Below are positions 31,453 through 41,113 of a DNA stretch of 64,000 nucleotides, piece by piece. The notes below the pieces were generated by a model that saw only the letters and a program-made list of their open reading frames with translations, had not been told where the DNA came from and made no database searches. The translations under genes and the position numbers were made by a program. Each line of letters starts with the position of its first letter. The first letter of the stretch is position 1. The stretch comes from an uncultured Chloroflexia bacterium (GTDB taxonomy: Bacteria > Chloroflexota > Limnocylindria > Limnocylindrales > CSP1-4), in contig CAVUAG010000006.1 in the NCBI GenBank assembly GCA_963739365.1, positions 55,991 to 119,990 on the forward strand. Reading direction: 5' to 3'.

Positions 31453-32614
31453 ACGCCCTCGCGATCGCCGAGGTCAACGTCCGCCGGCTCCTGCGCGACC
31501 GCACGAGCACCTTCTTCGTCTTCGTCCTGCCGATCGTGCTCATCGTCGTGCTGGGCACCGTCTTCGGCGGCCGGGTCGCGCCGCGGATGGGCATCGTCGC
31601 GGTCGAGAGCGGCGCCCTCGGGGCCGAGCTCGTGGACGCCATCCGCAACGGCGCCGTGAAGCTCGAGCTCAAGGAGCCCGCCACGGTCGCAGACGCTCAC
31701 GGCCGGGGTCGAGGAGGGCACGCTCGAGATCGGGGTGGTCATCCCGCCGGGCTACGACGCGACGGTGCGGGGCGGCGGCGTGGCGGAGATCGTCATCCTC
31801 GGCCAGCCCCAGAGCGCCGTCTCGGCCCTGCGCGAGGCGGTCAGCCAGGCGGTCGCGGCGCAGGCCGCCGTCGTCCAGGCCGCCCGCCTCACCGCGAGCC
31901 GCGAGGGAATCCCGTTCGACGCGGCCCTCGCCATGGCGCGATCCGTCCAGGGCGACGATGGCGGGCGTCACCGTCGCGGTGGAGCGCATCGGCGAGGGGC
32001 TGTTCCCGGCCGGCACGGGAGCGTTCGCGCCCGGCGCCCAGAACCAGCTCGTGCTGTTCATGTTCCTCACCTCGATGACGGCGGCAACCCAGCTCATCCT
32101 CACCCGCCAGCTCGGGGTCTCGCGGCGCATGCTGGCCTCGCCGATCCCGGTGCGGACCATCCTCGTCGGCGAGACGCTGGGCCGGTTCGGCGTCGCGATG
32201 CTCCAGGGCCTCTTCATCGTCATCCTGTCGGCGGTCATCTTCGGCGTGAGCTGGGGCGATCCGCTGGCCGCGGGGACCATCGTCGTCCTCTTCGCGCTCG
32301 TCGGCACCGGGGCGGCGATGGTCGTCGGCGTGTTCTCGAACAACCCGGACCAGGCCGGGGCGCTGGGCGTCATGGCCGGGATGCTGCTGGGTGCCCTGGG
32401 TGGCGCGATGGTGCCCCTCGAGATCTTCCCGGAGCCGGCCCACACACTCGCCTTCCTCACGCCGCAGGCGTGGGCCATCCAGGGCCTCCGCGAGGTTGCC
32501 CTCCGGGGCGGCGGAGTGGTCGACGTCCTCCAGGAGCTCGGGGTGCTGGTGCTCTACGCCGTCGCCCTGATGGCCATCGGGACGTGGCAGTTCCGACGCA
32601 TACTCACCAGGTGA
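31449..32614 (+). CDS. ABC-2 family transporter permease, two frame breaks
   Basis: GTG 31449 VNALAIAEVNVRRLLRDRTSTFFVFVLPIVLIVVLG. It shifts near 31695 to LTAGVEEGTLEIGVVIPPGYDATV... (track 31735..). It shifts again near 31955 to track 31958..32614 (QLVLFMFLTSMTAATQLILTRQLGVSRRMLASPI...). Each step is a +1 shift. Confidence 0.75.
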
Positions 32615-33187
32615 GCCCCACGGCCGACAGCAACGGCATTCCCGGCGGCGGTGCGCCCCGCGGCGCCGGCCTGCCCGTCGTCGACATCGTCGAGCTCGAG
32701 GTGGTGTGGGTCGCGGCCATCCGGTCGATCGTCGCCGCCGGAGGATGTCCCCGACTTCATGTCCGACGCCCTCTCGCTCGTCGCATCTGCGCTGCGCGAG
32801 GCCGGGCTCGCCCCGGCGGGCCCGCCCTTCGCCCGCTACTTCGCCTCCGGCCCCGACGGCCTCGACATGGCGGCCGGCTTCCCGGTCGCCGAGCCGTACC
32901 TTGGGGTGGCCGACGCGCCCCAGCTCCCGGAGTCCGGGTTCGTAGAAACGGTTTCCTCGTCCGTGATCGTGCATCCGGACGAGCTCCCCGCCGGACCCGC
33001 GGCGGTCGCCACGCACGTGGGTTCGTACCAGGGACTCGAGGCGGCCTGGAACTGGCTTCGCGAGCGTGTCGACGCGATGGGACGCCAGCTCGGCGAGGAC
33101 CCGTGGGAGGTCTACTTCATCGGCCCCGGCAGCGGCGTGGACGAAGCCGAGTGGCGCACGGAGCTGGTCTGGCCGCTGCGGGGATAG
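32611..33187 (+). CDS. GyrI-like small-molecule-binding domain protein, frame break near 32735
   Basis: GTG 32611 overlaps the permease stop (GTGA). N-terminus ...LPVVDIVELEVVWVAAIRSIVA, then PEDVPDFMSDALSLV... in track ORF 32651..33187. C-terminal text THVGSYQGLEAAWNWL...DPWEVYF...EWRTELVWPL is typical of GyrI-like/AraC effector-binding folds. Confidence 0.65.
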
Positions 33188-33241
33188 GCGGCGCCGCGGG
33201 AGAACGGCGGACGGCGGACACCCGGGCCCGAGCCGAGAGAA

Positions 33242-33316
33242 TGGTCGGGGTGGTGGGATTCGAACCCACGACCTCGTGCTCCCAAAGCACGTGCGCTACC
33301 ACTGCGCTACACCCCG
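33242..33316 (-). tRNA. tRNA-Pro (anticodon UGG), CCA encoded
   Basis: Reverse complement folds by hand into a cloverleaf: CGGGGTG TA GCGC AGTGGTA GCGC A CGTGC TTTGGGA GCACG AGGTC GTGGG TTCGAAT CCCAC CACCCCG A CCA. It has a 7-bp acceptor stem, a 5-bp anticodon stem with TGG at positions 34-36, and a GTTCGAATC T-loop. Confidence 0.9.
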
Positions 33317-33353
33317 GCCGATTTCGTGCTCACGAAACGCATGTGCTTCGCGA
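33278..33353. repeat. Direct repeat copy 1 (5' half of tRNA-Pro plus ~37 nt of upstream leader)
   Basis: gctcccaaagcacgtgcgctaccactgcgctacaccccggccgatttcgtgctcacgaaacgcatgtgcttcgcga. It matches 39319-39394 at 74 of 76 positions. Weaker similarity continues about 30 nt further (tctagcgtatac versus actagcctatag). Confidence 0.9.
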
Positions 33354-33561
33354 TCGAGCCGCTCAGGTCTAGCGTATACCGCCGAGAGTCGGGTCCTGCC
33401 GCCGGTTCGCGGCGAGGGTCATGAGTGCGGCGGCAATCGCTAGCACGTGTTCGAGGGCCTCGTCGACCACCCTAGGGCCGGGCGCGCGGTCCTGACTGCC
33501 ACAGTGAGGCGGCCGGGGCACTTCACGATCGGCGCCTCATGACATCGATGGCAGCGGGGCA

Positions 33562-34563
33562 TCACCGCTGTCCGCTCCGCGCCCGCGAAGGTGCAGCAAC
33601 CTCGCCGTGTGGCACGATGCGAACGGTGTTCTTCAATTGGCCGATGCCCGCGACGGAAATCCTTATCACATCATCTGGCCTGGCGGTGTATTCGGAAGGT
33701 GGCACGATGGACGTGCCAGTCAGAAGCCAGGCTCCGGCAGGGAGACTGTAGACCGCACCAAGAACCCGGATGAGGTCGGCCGGGTCTCGGACCATGTCGT
33801 CGAGGCTTGAACGGCCAGCGAACACTTGCGTCCCGCCGCGCTCAATGCCGAGGTGAACCGTGCGGCCAGTCAGTGCAACGTTCCAGGCAAGGACTGCGGC
33901 CGGACCGATCGAGCAAGAGGCGTCATAGACCTTGGCCTGAGGAAGGTAGAGTGGGTTCTCCCCTTCTATGCTGCGGGAACTCATGTCGTTGCCAGGGGCA
34001 TAGGCGACCACCTCGCAACGCGAGTTCGCCAGCACCGATAGTTCCGGCTCTGGGACGTCCCATGTCGAGTCCGACCTCACGCCGATCAGGCCATCAGCCG
34101 GAACCAGCCGCCAACCTGCGGCCTTGAAGAAGAGCTCCGGTCGGTCGGCCTCGTAGACGCGTTCATAGATGTCGGGGTTGACAGCCTCGTCGGCGCGAGC
34201 GTCGCGGCTTCTGAGGTAGGTGACCCCTGCTCCCCACACCTCCTGCGATTCCGCGAGACCCGCCCAGGCCAGCTGATGAGGATCCAGCGCGGGCAGGGCG
34301 AGGAGGGCATCGTCGTCAAGGAGGCTCCTGATCGTGGCCAGCGGCTCACTCAGCAGCCGATCGAGCGACGAGACTCGCGGATCACTCGCGGAGTTCAGGT
34401 CGAGAAGGCAACCAGACCGCCAAAGGGCCAGGCCGATCGCCCCGTCAGGATGGCGGACACGGGCAACCGCGGGAGACTCGGGCAACATGCGCAGATCAAT
34501 CCCGGCCATGCCGTTGGCACCCCTCGTCCCGCTCACAGGGGCCACACGCCCCGAATAGGCCAC
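33562..34563 (-). CDS. Fumarylacetoacetate hydrolase (FAH) family protein
   Basis: Intact 333-aa ORF. FAH-fold text PELFFKA, WDVPEPELSVL, GNDMSSRSIEG, LLTGTSIVPP, GIGQLKN. The start may be an internal Met (MAGIDLRML). More A/T-rich than the window average. Confidence 0.7.
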   Translation of the reverse strand: MAYSGRVAPVSGTRGANGMAGIDLRMLPESPAVARVRHPDGAIGLALWRSGCLLDLNSASDPRVSSLDRLLSEPLATIRSLLDDDALLALPALDPHQLAWAGLAESQEVWGAGVTYLRSRDARADEAVNPDIYERVYEADRPELFFKAAGWRLVPADGLIGVRSDSTWDVPEPELSVLANSRCEVVAYAPGNDMSSRSIEGENPLYLPQAKVYDASCSIGPAAVLAWNVALTGRTVHLGIERGGTQVFAGRSSLDDMVRDPADLIRVLGAVYSLPAGAWLLTGTSIVPPSEYTARPDDVIRISVAGIGQLKNTVRIVPHGEVAAPSRARSGQR

Positions 34564-34934
34564 CGGAGTTCCCTCCTTCGGCTCACGCCAGCCTCAGGGG
34601 CAGCCCACGCTCCGCGCCCTCGGCCGCCGGACTCTCTTGAAGCAAGCTCCTGTGCTGAGAGCGTATGTCCAAGACACCAGCACCGCTGGCGCCACGCCCG
34701 CCCTGCCTCGCGAGGGCAGCAGCAACCCGACTAGCGTAGATCAACGGCACCGCGGCGCGCGGGCCACTTCACGACCCACGGCCCTAGCCAAACGACGGGC
34801 GGGTGGCCATCCTGCCGCCAGCGTCAGGAGCAGTAATCGGTGCTCGGCGCAGCGATGCTCATCCAGGTGAGCCAGTCGAGCCGGCTGCCAGGTTCCCGGC
34901 GTGTCCTCTCACAAGGCGGCAAGGAGGCAGTCTC

Positions 34935-36074
34935 ATGAGTGACGTCGGAACCGGCCACACGGTCAACGCGGAGGCGAAGGCAGCGGCGGCGGAGCTCGTC
35001 GGCCAGGCGACGGCCGGGCTCGAAGGCAAGCCGACGCTGGCCATCCTGTTCTCGACGACGCAGTACGACACCGAGGCCCTCGTGTCCGCTGTGTCGGAGC
35101 TGCTGGGCGGAGTGCCCCTCTGGGGCGGCTCATCCTCCACCGGCGTGTTCCAGGATGACAGCTGGGTCACCAGCGACGGCGGTGCCGCCAGCCTGATGCT
35201 GATCGCCGACCGGCCGGCTGGAGTGGGCGTCGCCGCCGTCGGCGAGGGCGGCGGTTTCGCGGCCGGCAAGGAGGCCGCCCGGGCGGCGCTCGAGCAGCTT
35301 GGCGGGGAGGCCGGCGCCCTGCTGACCATCGCCTTCATGGGGCCCGAAGAGGAGATCCTGCGAGGGATCGCCGAGGTTGCCCCGGGCGTGCCGGTGGTCG
35401 GCGGGACGTCGTCGGACCACTCTCCCGACGGCAAGTTCCAGCAGTTCGCGAACGGCCACGCCTACAAGAACCACTTCGCCATCGCGGCCCTCGGGGGGCC
35501 GATCGGCTACGCGTTCACCAATGGCTACCGACCGACGGGCAAGAAGGCAACCGTCACCTCGGCATCGGGGCGCACGGCGTTCGAGCTCGGCGGCCGCCGG
35601 GCGATGGATGTCTACTCGGAGTGGGTCGCTCGACCCGAATCCGAGATCGGCGGTGGCGCGCTCGTGGCGTTCAGCGTCCAGTACCCGCTGCTCTTCCACA
35701 AGGACGGGATCACGTATTCCGCCCACCCGGTCAACAGCAACGCGGACGGCTCGATGGACTTCGGGGCGGCGATGAACCCCGGCATGGAGCTGGAGCTTGG
35801 CGAAGCCTCGGTGAACGGGCTGATCGCCGAGGCAGGCAACGCCGTCTACAAGGCGGTCCAGGGCGTGGGCCACCCCAAGGCCATCGTGCTTGCCCATTGC
35901 GGCGGGCGCGCCATCGCTCTCGGCGACCGGATCAGGGAGATCCCCGCCGAGGTCGAGCACGCCGTCGGCCACATGCCCCTGATCGGCTACCTGGCGTTCG
36001 GGGAGCAGGGCGTTTCGGTGCCAGGCATTCCCACCCATGCCGACCTGAGCCTGTCCGCGCTCGTTCTCGGCTAG
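34935..36074 (+). CDS. FIST-domain (FIST_N + FIST_C) putative sensory protein
   Basis: ATG 34935 preceded by AAGGAGG. Text: PTLAILFSTTQYD, VPLWGGSSSTGVF, VPVVGGTSSD, then the C-terminal half AIVLAHCGGRAIALG, IGYLAFGEQG. Intact, 379 aa. No attached output domain. Confidence 0.7.
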   Translation: MSDVGTGHTVNAEAKAAAAELVGQATAGLEGKPTLAILFSTTQYDTEALVSAVSELLGGVPLWGGSSSTGVFQDDSWVTSDGGAASLMLIADRPAGVGVAAVGEGGGFAAGKEAARAALEQLGGEAGALLTIAFMGPEEEILRGIAEVAPGVPVVGGTSSDHSPDGKFQQFANGHAYKNHFAIAALGGPIGYAFTNGYRPTGKKATVTSASGRTAFELGGRRAMDVYSEWVARPESEIGGGALVAFSVQYPLLFHKDGITYSAHPVNSNADGSMDFGAAMNPGMELELGEASVNGLIAEAGNAVYKAVQGVGHPKAIVLAHCGGRAIALGDRIREIPAEVEHAVGHMPLIGYLAFGEQGVSVPGIPTHADLSLSALVLG

Positions 36075-36197
36075 GTGCCAGTGCCGGTGGTGTCAGTGGC
36101 GGGTGCGGAGCCGGTCGGCGGCTGATCGGCGGCTCCGCGCTCGGCCCCAAGGTCAACGCCGCATCCCGGATGCGGCCGGTCGACTCGGAGGATCACG

Positions 36198-37670
36198 ATG
36201 GCTGTCGCAACACGGCTCTATCAGAACTACGTGAACGGTCGGTTCGTCAGCGCGCAGGGCGACAAGACGCTGCCGGTCGAGAATCCGGCCACCGGTGCTA
36301 CCGTCGCCAACGTGCCCGACTCGTCCGTCGAGGATGCGCGGGAAGCGATCGAGTGCGCAGACAAGGCACAGCGCGCGTGGGAGAAGCTGGCTCCGATCGA
36401 ACGCGCGGACTACCTGCACAAGATCGCTGCCGGAATCCGGAAGGATTCCGAGCACCTCGCCCGGGTCCTATCGGAGGAGCAGGGCAAGCCCCTCGACCAG
36501 GCCCGGGGGGAGGCGAAAGGCACGGCGAACTACTTCGATTACACGGCAGAGTGGGCGCGCCGCATCGAGGGCGACGTCATTGCCAGCGACGAGCCCAACG
36601 ACATGCAGCTGCTGCTGCGACAGCCCATCGGCGTCATCGGGGGCATCGTGCCCTGGAACTTCCCGCTCTACGTGCTCGCGCGGAAGGTGGCGCCGGCCCT
36701 TCTCACGGGCAACTCCATCGTGGTGAAGCCGAGCGAGATCACACCGAACAGCACGCTCGAGCTCGGCCGCATCTTCGACGACGCGGGCGTTCCCGCCGGA
36801 GTCGTCAATATCGTGTGCGGCTACGGCCCGATCGTCGGCGAGGAGCTGGCCTCGAACCCGCTCATCGGCATGGTGACCGTCACGGGCAGCATCAGGACGG
36901 GCTCCCGGGTCATGGAGCTCGCCGCGAAGAACATCACGAAGGTGAGCCTGGAGCTCGGCGGCAGCCATCCGGTCATCGTGATGCCGGACGCCGACCTGGA
37001 CCTGGCGGTCAGGTCCATCAAGGCAGGTCGCCTCCTCAACACCGGCCAGGTGTGCGGCGCACCCGACCGGACCTACGTACACGAGAGCGTCGCCGCCGAG
37101 TTCACCGACCGGCTGGCCACGGCCATGGGCCAGGCGACCTATGGGAACGCGCTCGTCGACGAGGGCCGAGACCTGGGTCCGATGGTGAGCGCACGGCAGC
37201 TCGAGGCGGTCAGCGGACGCGTCGAGCGTGCCGTCGCCGACGGCGGCCAGGTCGTGACCGGCGGCAAGCGCGCCGAGGACAAGCCGGAGGGCCACTACTA
37301 CCCAGCGACCGTCATCGCCAACTGCCGTCAGGACATGGCAATCGTCCGGGAAGAGATCTTTGGGCCGGTGATGCCGATCGTCACGTTCAACGACCTCGAC
37401 GAAGCGATCGCCTGGGCGAACGACTCGATCTACGGGCTCGCCTCGTCGATCTTCACCAAGAACGTCGACGTGATCATGCGAGCGTGCAACGAACTCCGAT
37501 TCGGGGAGACGTACGTCAATCGCGAGAACATGATGGAGAACATGCAGGGGTTCCACGCCGGCTGGCGCAAGTCAGGGATCGGGGGCGCGGACGGCAAGTA
37601 CGGCGTGCTCGAGTACACGCGAACCCACGTCGTCTATCTGCAATACGACATGGCGGCCGGCCGGCCGTAG
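36198..37670 (+). CDS. NAD(P)-dependent aldehyde dehydrogenase
   Basis: Intact, 490 aa. ATG preceded by GGAGGA. Text: VPWNFP, VVKPSEITP, SLELGGSHP, catalytic Cys in NTGQVCGAPDR, EEIFGPV. Confidence 0.9.
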   Translation: MAVATRLYQNYVNGRFVSAQGDKTLPVENPATGATVANVPDSSVEDAREAIECADKAQRAWEKLAPIERADYLHKIAAGIRKDSEHLARVLSEEQGKPLDQARGEAKGTANYFDYTAEWARRIEGDVIASDEPNDMQLLLRQPIGVIGGIVPWNFPLYVLARKVAPALLTGNSIVVKPSEITPNSTLELGRIFDDAGVPAGVVNIVCGYGPIVGEELASNPLIGMVTVTGSIRTGSRVMELAAKNITKVSLELGGSHPVIVMPDADLDLAVRSIKAGRLLNTGQVCGAPDRTYVHESVAAEFTDRLATAMGQATYGNALVDEGRDLGPMVSARQLEAVSGRVERAVADGGQVVTGGKRAEDKPEGHYYPATVIANCRQDMAIVREEIFGPVMPIVTFNDLDEAIAWANDSIYGLASSIFTKNVDVIMRACNELRFGETYVNRENMMENMQGFHAGWRKSGIGGADGKYGVLEYTRTHVVYLQYDMAAGRP

Positions 37671-37754
37671 CCTCCCTGGAACCCGGCGGCCGAGACTGCC
37701 GGGAGCCACCGTCCGCGACGGCGGACCAAGCTGCGGTCGCCGGTCGACACCGGC

Positions 37755-37783
37755 GGGCGCCCCGAGTCAGGCTCGGGGCGCCC
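37755..37783 (+). terminator. GC-rich hairpin downstream of the aldehyde dehydrogenase
   Basis: gggcgccccgag-tcagg-ctcggggcgccc, a 12-bp perfect stem 85 nt after the stop. There is no U-tract, so intrinsic-terminator function is uncertain. Confidence 0.4.
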
Positions 37784-38237
37784 ATCGTCATGCCGGCCGG
37801 TGGTCTCCGCGTGGGTTGCGGCGATCGCGGCCCACTGGCGTGTGCGACCCAACCAGACCCGGTCGACGCGACCAGGTCGCCAGCGCCCGCCGCCGTCGTG
37901 ACCTGACACGTCGCCCTCCGAGCAGGTTCGAGGAGGAGAAGGCGGAGCCGCCGGTCCCCGGCGCCTTCCACAACCCAAATCCAACCAGCCAGCCGTGCCC
38001 CGGCCGCACAGCTGACGGCGGGTCGGAGGACGGCTCGGCCGGCGCGGGTCGCTGGGAGAACCGCCGTGCCCTTCGGCTCTCGCCAGGCCCGCGACCAGCG
38101 CCTACCGTGACCGCTGACGGGAGGCTCGACACGCGGTCCAAACCCCGGCCGCCGGGACCGCGCCGAGCCACTGGCGAGACCGACCCGCATGCCCGAGTGC
38201 AGACACGACAGCGGGACCGGTTCGGAGGGGTCCTTCC

Positions 38238-38700
38238 ATGTCGCTCATCCAGCTTCGCGACCTCCAGAAGACGTACCGGATGGGCAAGCTCGAGTTCGAG
38301 GCACTCAAGGGCGTCGATCTCGACGTCGAGGAGGGTCAACTCGTGGCCATCGTGGGACCATCGGGTTCGGGCAAGTCGACGCTGCTCAACATGATCACGG
38401 GCATCGACAGGCCCACAGGCGGCAGCGTCACGATCGCGGAGACCGGATCGACCAGATGAAGGAAGACAGGCTCGCCGCCTGGCGGGGCGCCAACGTCGGC
38501 ATCGTCTGAGAATCGAGCCCTTTGCCCCTGGCGGCGTGCAGCCGGGCCGGGAAACACTTCCGACCACTGATGTGGCTGCCATGAGGCTGCTCGGCCGGCT
38601 CTCCTGGATCTCGCTCGCTGTGCCGCGCCCTGGCTGGTGCGGTTCGCGGCCAAGCAAGGGATCGGGGCCCCCTACATTCCTGGCGGCGCGCGCGGTCGAA
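38238..38700 (+). pseudogene. Decayed MacB/LolD-type ABC ATPase remnant
   Basis: ATG 38238 after GGAGGGG. MSLIQLRDLQKTYRMGKLEFEALKGVDLDVEEGQLVAIVGPSGSGKSTLLNMITGIDRPTGGSVTI, then stop. The next frame gives DQMKEDRLAAWRGANVGIV, then stop. Only a faint signature-like trace follows (SRSLCRALAG). Q-loop, Walker B and H-loop are missing. Confidence 0.7.
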
Positions 38701-38725
38701 GCCCTTTTGGCCTGAGGAGGCTCAC

Positions 38726-38989
38726 ATGAAGAAGGCGTGGGTCATCGCTGCCATAGTCGCCGGTGAGGCGCTCCTCGTGAGAGCGCTTGGGTCCGGGGTC
38801 GGCAAGACGGACATCGGAGAGCGGATCGCCGCGATGCCTGACACTTCACCGCCGAAGTGGATCTACACGAACGTCACTGCGATCCGAGCGAACACCGAAC
38901 GCATCCTCGCCCTCCTGGAGGAGCAGAGGCTCACCTCTCCGGGGGATCCGCAATCGCCTCCGGGGCCGGAGGTCGCGCGCGAAGCATGA
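38726..38989 (+). CDS. Hypothetical 87-aa protein with N-terminal hydrophobic segment
   Basis: ATG preceded by GAGGAGG. MKKAWVIAAIVAGEALLVRALG... No family recognised. The stop overlaps the ATG of a 23-codon micro-ORF (ATGA at 38986-38989). Confidence 0.4.
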   Translation: MKKAWVIAAIVAGEALLVRALGSGVGKTDIGERIAAMPDTSPPKWIYTNVTAIRANTERILALLEEQRLTSPGDPQSPPGPEVAREA

Positions 38990-39318
38990 CTCGAACCCGC
39001 TTCAAGCTCCCCGCTGGACTCGAGGACACCGTCGCGAGTTCGTTCCAGTTCAACTAGTGCGCGGGCCCGTCAAACCCCTTGCGGCCAGGCTGGCCCGCCT
39101 GTCCTGGAGTGAGCTCGGCGAGCTCCGGGGGCTCGGCGAGCCGCATGGTGGACGTAACGTCGCTGGTCGCAGGGCTACCCCCTGAGGCCCGACCACCGCC
39201 GCCAAGCTGGTACCCGGTCCGGCAGCTTCGTGCTCGCGAACCGCACAATAATCGGTGCCTTCACCGCTCGGCCGGTCGCGCTCAGAACCCCCGACCCTAC
39301 CCCGCACAGGCCCTTGGG

Positions 39319-39394
39319 GCTCCCAAAGCACGTGCGCTACCACTGCGCTACACCCCGGCCGGTTTCGTGCTCGCGAAACGCATGTGCTTCGCGA
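39319..39394. repeat. Direct repeat copy 2: truncated tRNA-Pro (positions 1 to ~39 only, 39319-39357) plus leader
   Basis: Identical to the intact tRNA from its 5' end through the anticodon loop to GGGAGC, then diverges (CCCAAGGGCC instead of ACGAGGTCGTGGG). There is no T-arm or acceptor 3' strand. The upstream leader is 35/37 identical to copy 1. Confidence 0.9.
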
Positions 39395-39553
39395 ACGACA
39401 CCCTGAAGACTAGCCTATAGCGCTCACGTGCCTGAACCCACCGTCGCGGGCCCTTCCGCACCGGCTGCGGCATGTCCTGGGTCGGCTTCGGCTACGGCCG
39501 CGATCCCGATCCTGGGGCTCCTGGGCGACGGAGCGTGCGAGGGGTCGCCCAGA

Positions 39554-40941
39554 TCAGGCCACCACCTCCCTGACGAGTCCCTCGAAGGCGTTCACGTAGC
39601 GGTCGATGTCCTCGTCGGTGTGCTGGACGGAGAGGGTCCACTCCTCTTCGCGCCCCGGGGCGATGATCACCCCGCGGTTGATGTTGTACAGCCAGGCGAG
39701 ATAGCAGAGCTCGACGTCCTGGTACTTGATGAACGACTCGTAGTCGGTGATCCGGCCGGTGGCGAAGTTGACGCAGCCCTTCGACGAGATGCCAACCGTG
39801 TAGCCGGGGAAGTCGTACTTGGCGCAGATCGCGTCGCACTCACTGATGAGGCGGTCGTTCAGGTAGTTGAGGTGCGCGTAGGCCGCGGGGGTCATCACCT
39901 CTTCCAGGCTCGCCCGGGCGGCCGCCATCGACAGCGGGTTGCCGTTGTAGGTGCCCACCTGGTAGACCTTGCCGCTCCTCACGACCTCCATGATCTCGTC
40001 GGTTGCCCCGATGGCGCCCGACGGCAGCCCGCCGCCAGGGCCTTGGCCAGGGTGACCATGTCGGGGACCACGCCGAAGCGCTCGACCGCGCCGCCGGCGG
40101 CGGTGCAGATGCCGGTCTTCACCTCGTCGAAGATGAGGACGATGCCGTGCTTCCTGGTGATCTCGCGCACGGCCTCCAGGTAGCCGGGCTCCGGGAGCAC
40201 CACCCCCAGGTTCATCATGGCCGCTTCCATGATGAGACAGGCGGGCTTGCGCCCTTCCTCGATCAGCCGCTCGATGCGGGCCTCCATCATGGGCGCGTCG
40301 TTGAAAGGCACGGCCGCCGTCATGTCCACGACGGCCTTGGGGATCCCGGCCCCGTAGGAGACCGAGCGGTAGTTGTCGCGCGGCCCGATGTCGCCGAAGT
40401 CGGCCACCCCGAGGCTCACCATCACGTAGTCGTGGTGACCGTGATAGGAGCCGAAGATCTTGAGCACCTGCTCCCGGCCGGTGTAGGCCCGGGCAATGCG
40501 GATCGCGTCCATGGTGGCCTCGGAACCGGAGTTCACGAAGCGCCACTTGGGCAGGCGGAAGCTCCTGGCCAGGTGCTCCGCCACCACGATCGAATCCTCG
40601 GTGGGCAGGGCGAACTGCGTGCCCAGCTCACAGCGCCTCTGGATGGCCGCGACGATGGCCGGGTGGGCGTGGCCCTGGACCATGCAGCCGAAGCCGTTGT
40701 GGAAGTCGCTGATCTCGCGCCCGTCGACCGAGTAGATCTTGGAGCCCTTGCCGTGGGTGAAGTAGATGGGATAGGGGTCGCGCATCTGGTAGCTGGACGA
40801 CACGCCCGCGACAAGGCTCCTGGCCGCCCGCTTGAACAGCTCGAAGGACCTGGGAGTCTCGTTCTCCAGGCGCGTCTCCTCCCGCTTTGCCAATTCGGCG
40901 ATCCGCTTGCGGTCGATCGTCCTGACGGGTGTCGAAGCCAT
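39554..40941 (-). CDS. Class-III (GSA-aminomutase-like) PLP aminotransferase, apparent 1-nt deletion near 40030
   Basis: N-terminal 300 aa in track ORF 39979..40941: FHNGFGCMVQGHAHP, FVNSGSEATMDAIRIAR, IFDEVKTG (PLP Lys), TLAKALA. It continues as GGLPSGAIGATDEIMEVV...GTYNGNPLSMAAA... in track ORF 39554..40546. Confidence 0.85.
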
Positions 40942-41113
40942 TCCCAGCCACCTCTTCCCGTTCCATATCCTTGGCCGCCTCGGCGACAGGGTTGATCCTA
41001 GCGGAGCCGGCGGTCCACCCTGGCCGAGTCGTCATCAGGCGGGACAGCAGGCGAGCCGGACGACGCTCGCCCGGGGCAGCGCGCACCGCGTTCGAACCCG
41101 TACGCTTCCCGTC

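Noticed and set aside
38985-39010. T-arm-like string GGGTTCGAGTC (reverse strand) just after the 87-aa ORF, considered as a second tRNA or attachment-site remnant.
   Set aside because: No acceptor, D or anticodon arms can be folded around it. It only forms a weak 5-bp hairpin.
33354-39318. Prophage or integrative element with integrase inside the tRNA-bounded cassette.
   Set aside because: None of the six-frame translations between the repeats shows tyrosine or serine recombinase, excisionase, phage structural or conjugation motifs. Only metabolic or sensor genes and a decayed ABC ATPase are present. I therefore report the repeats and the composition shift but do not call a mobile element.
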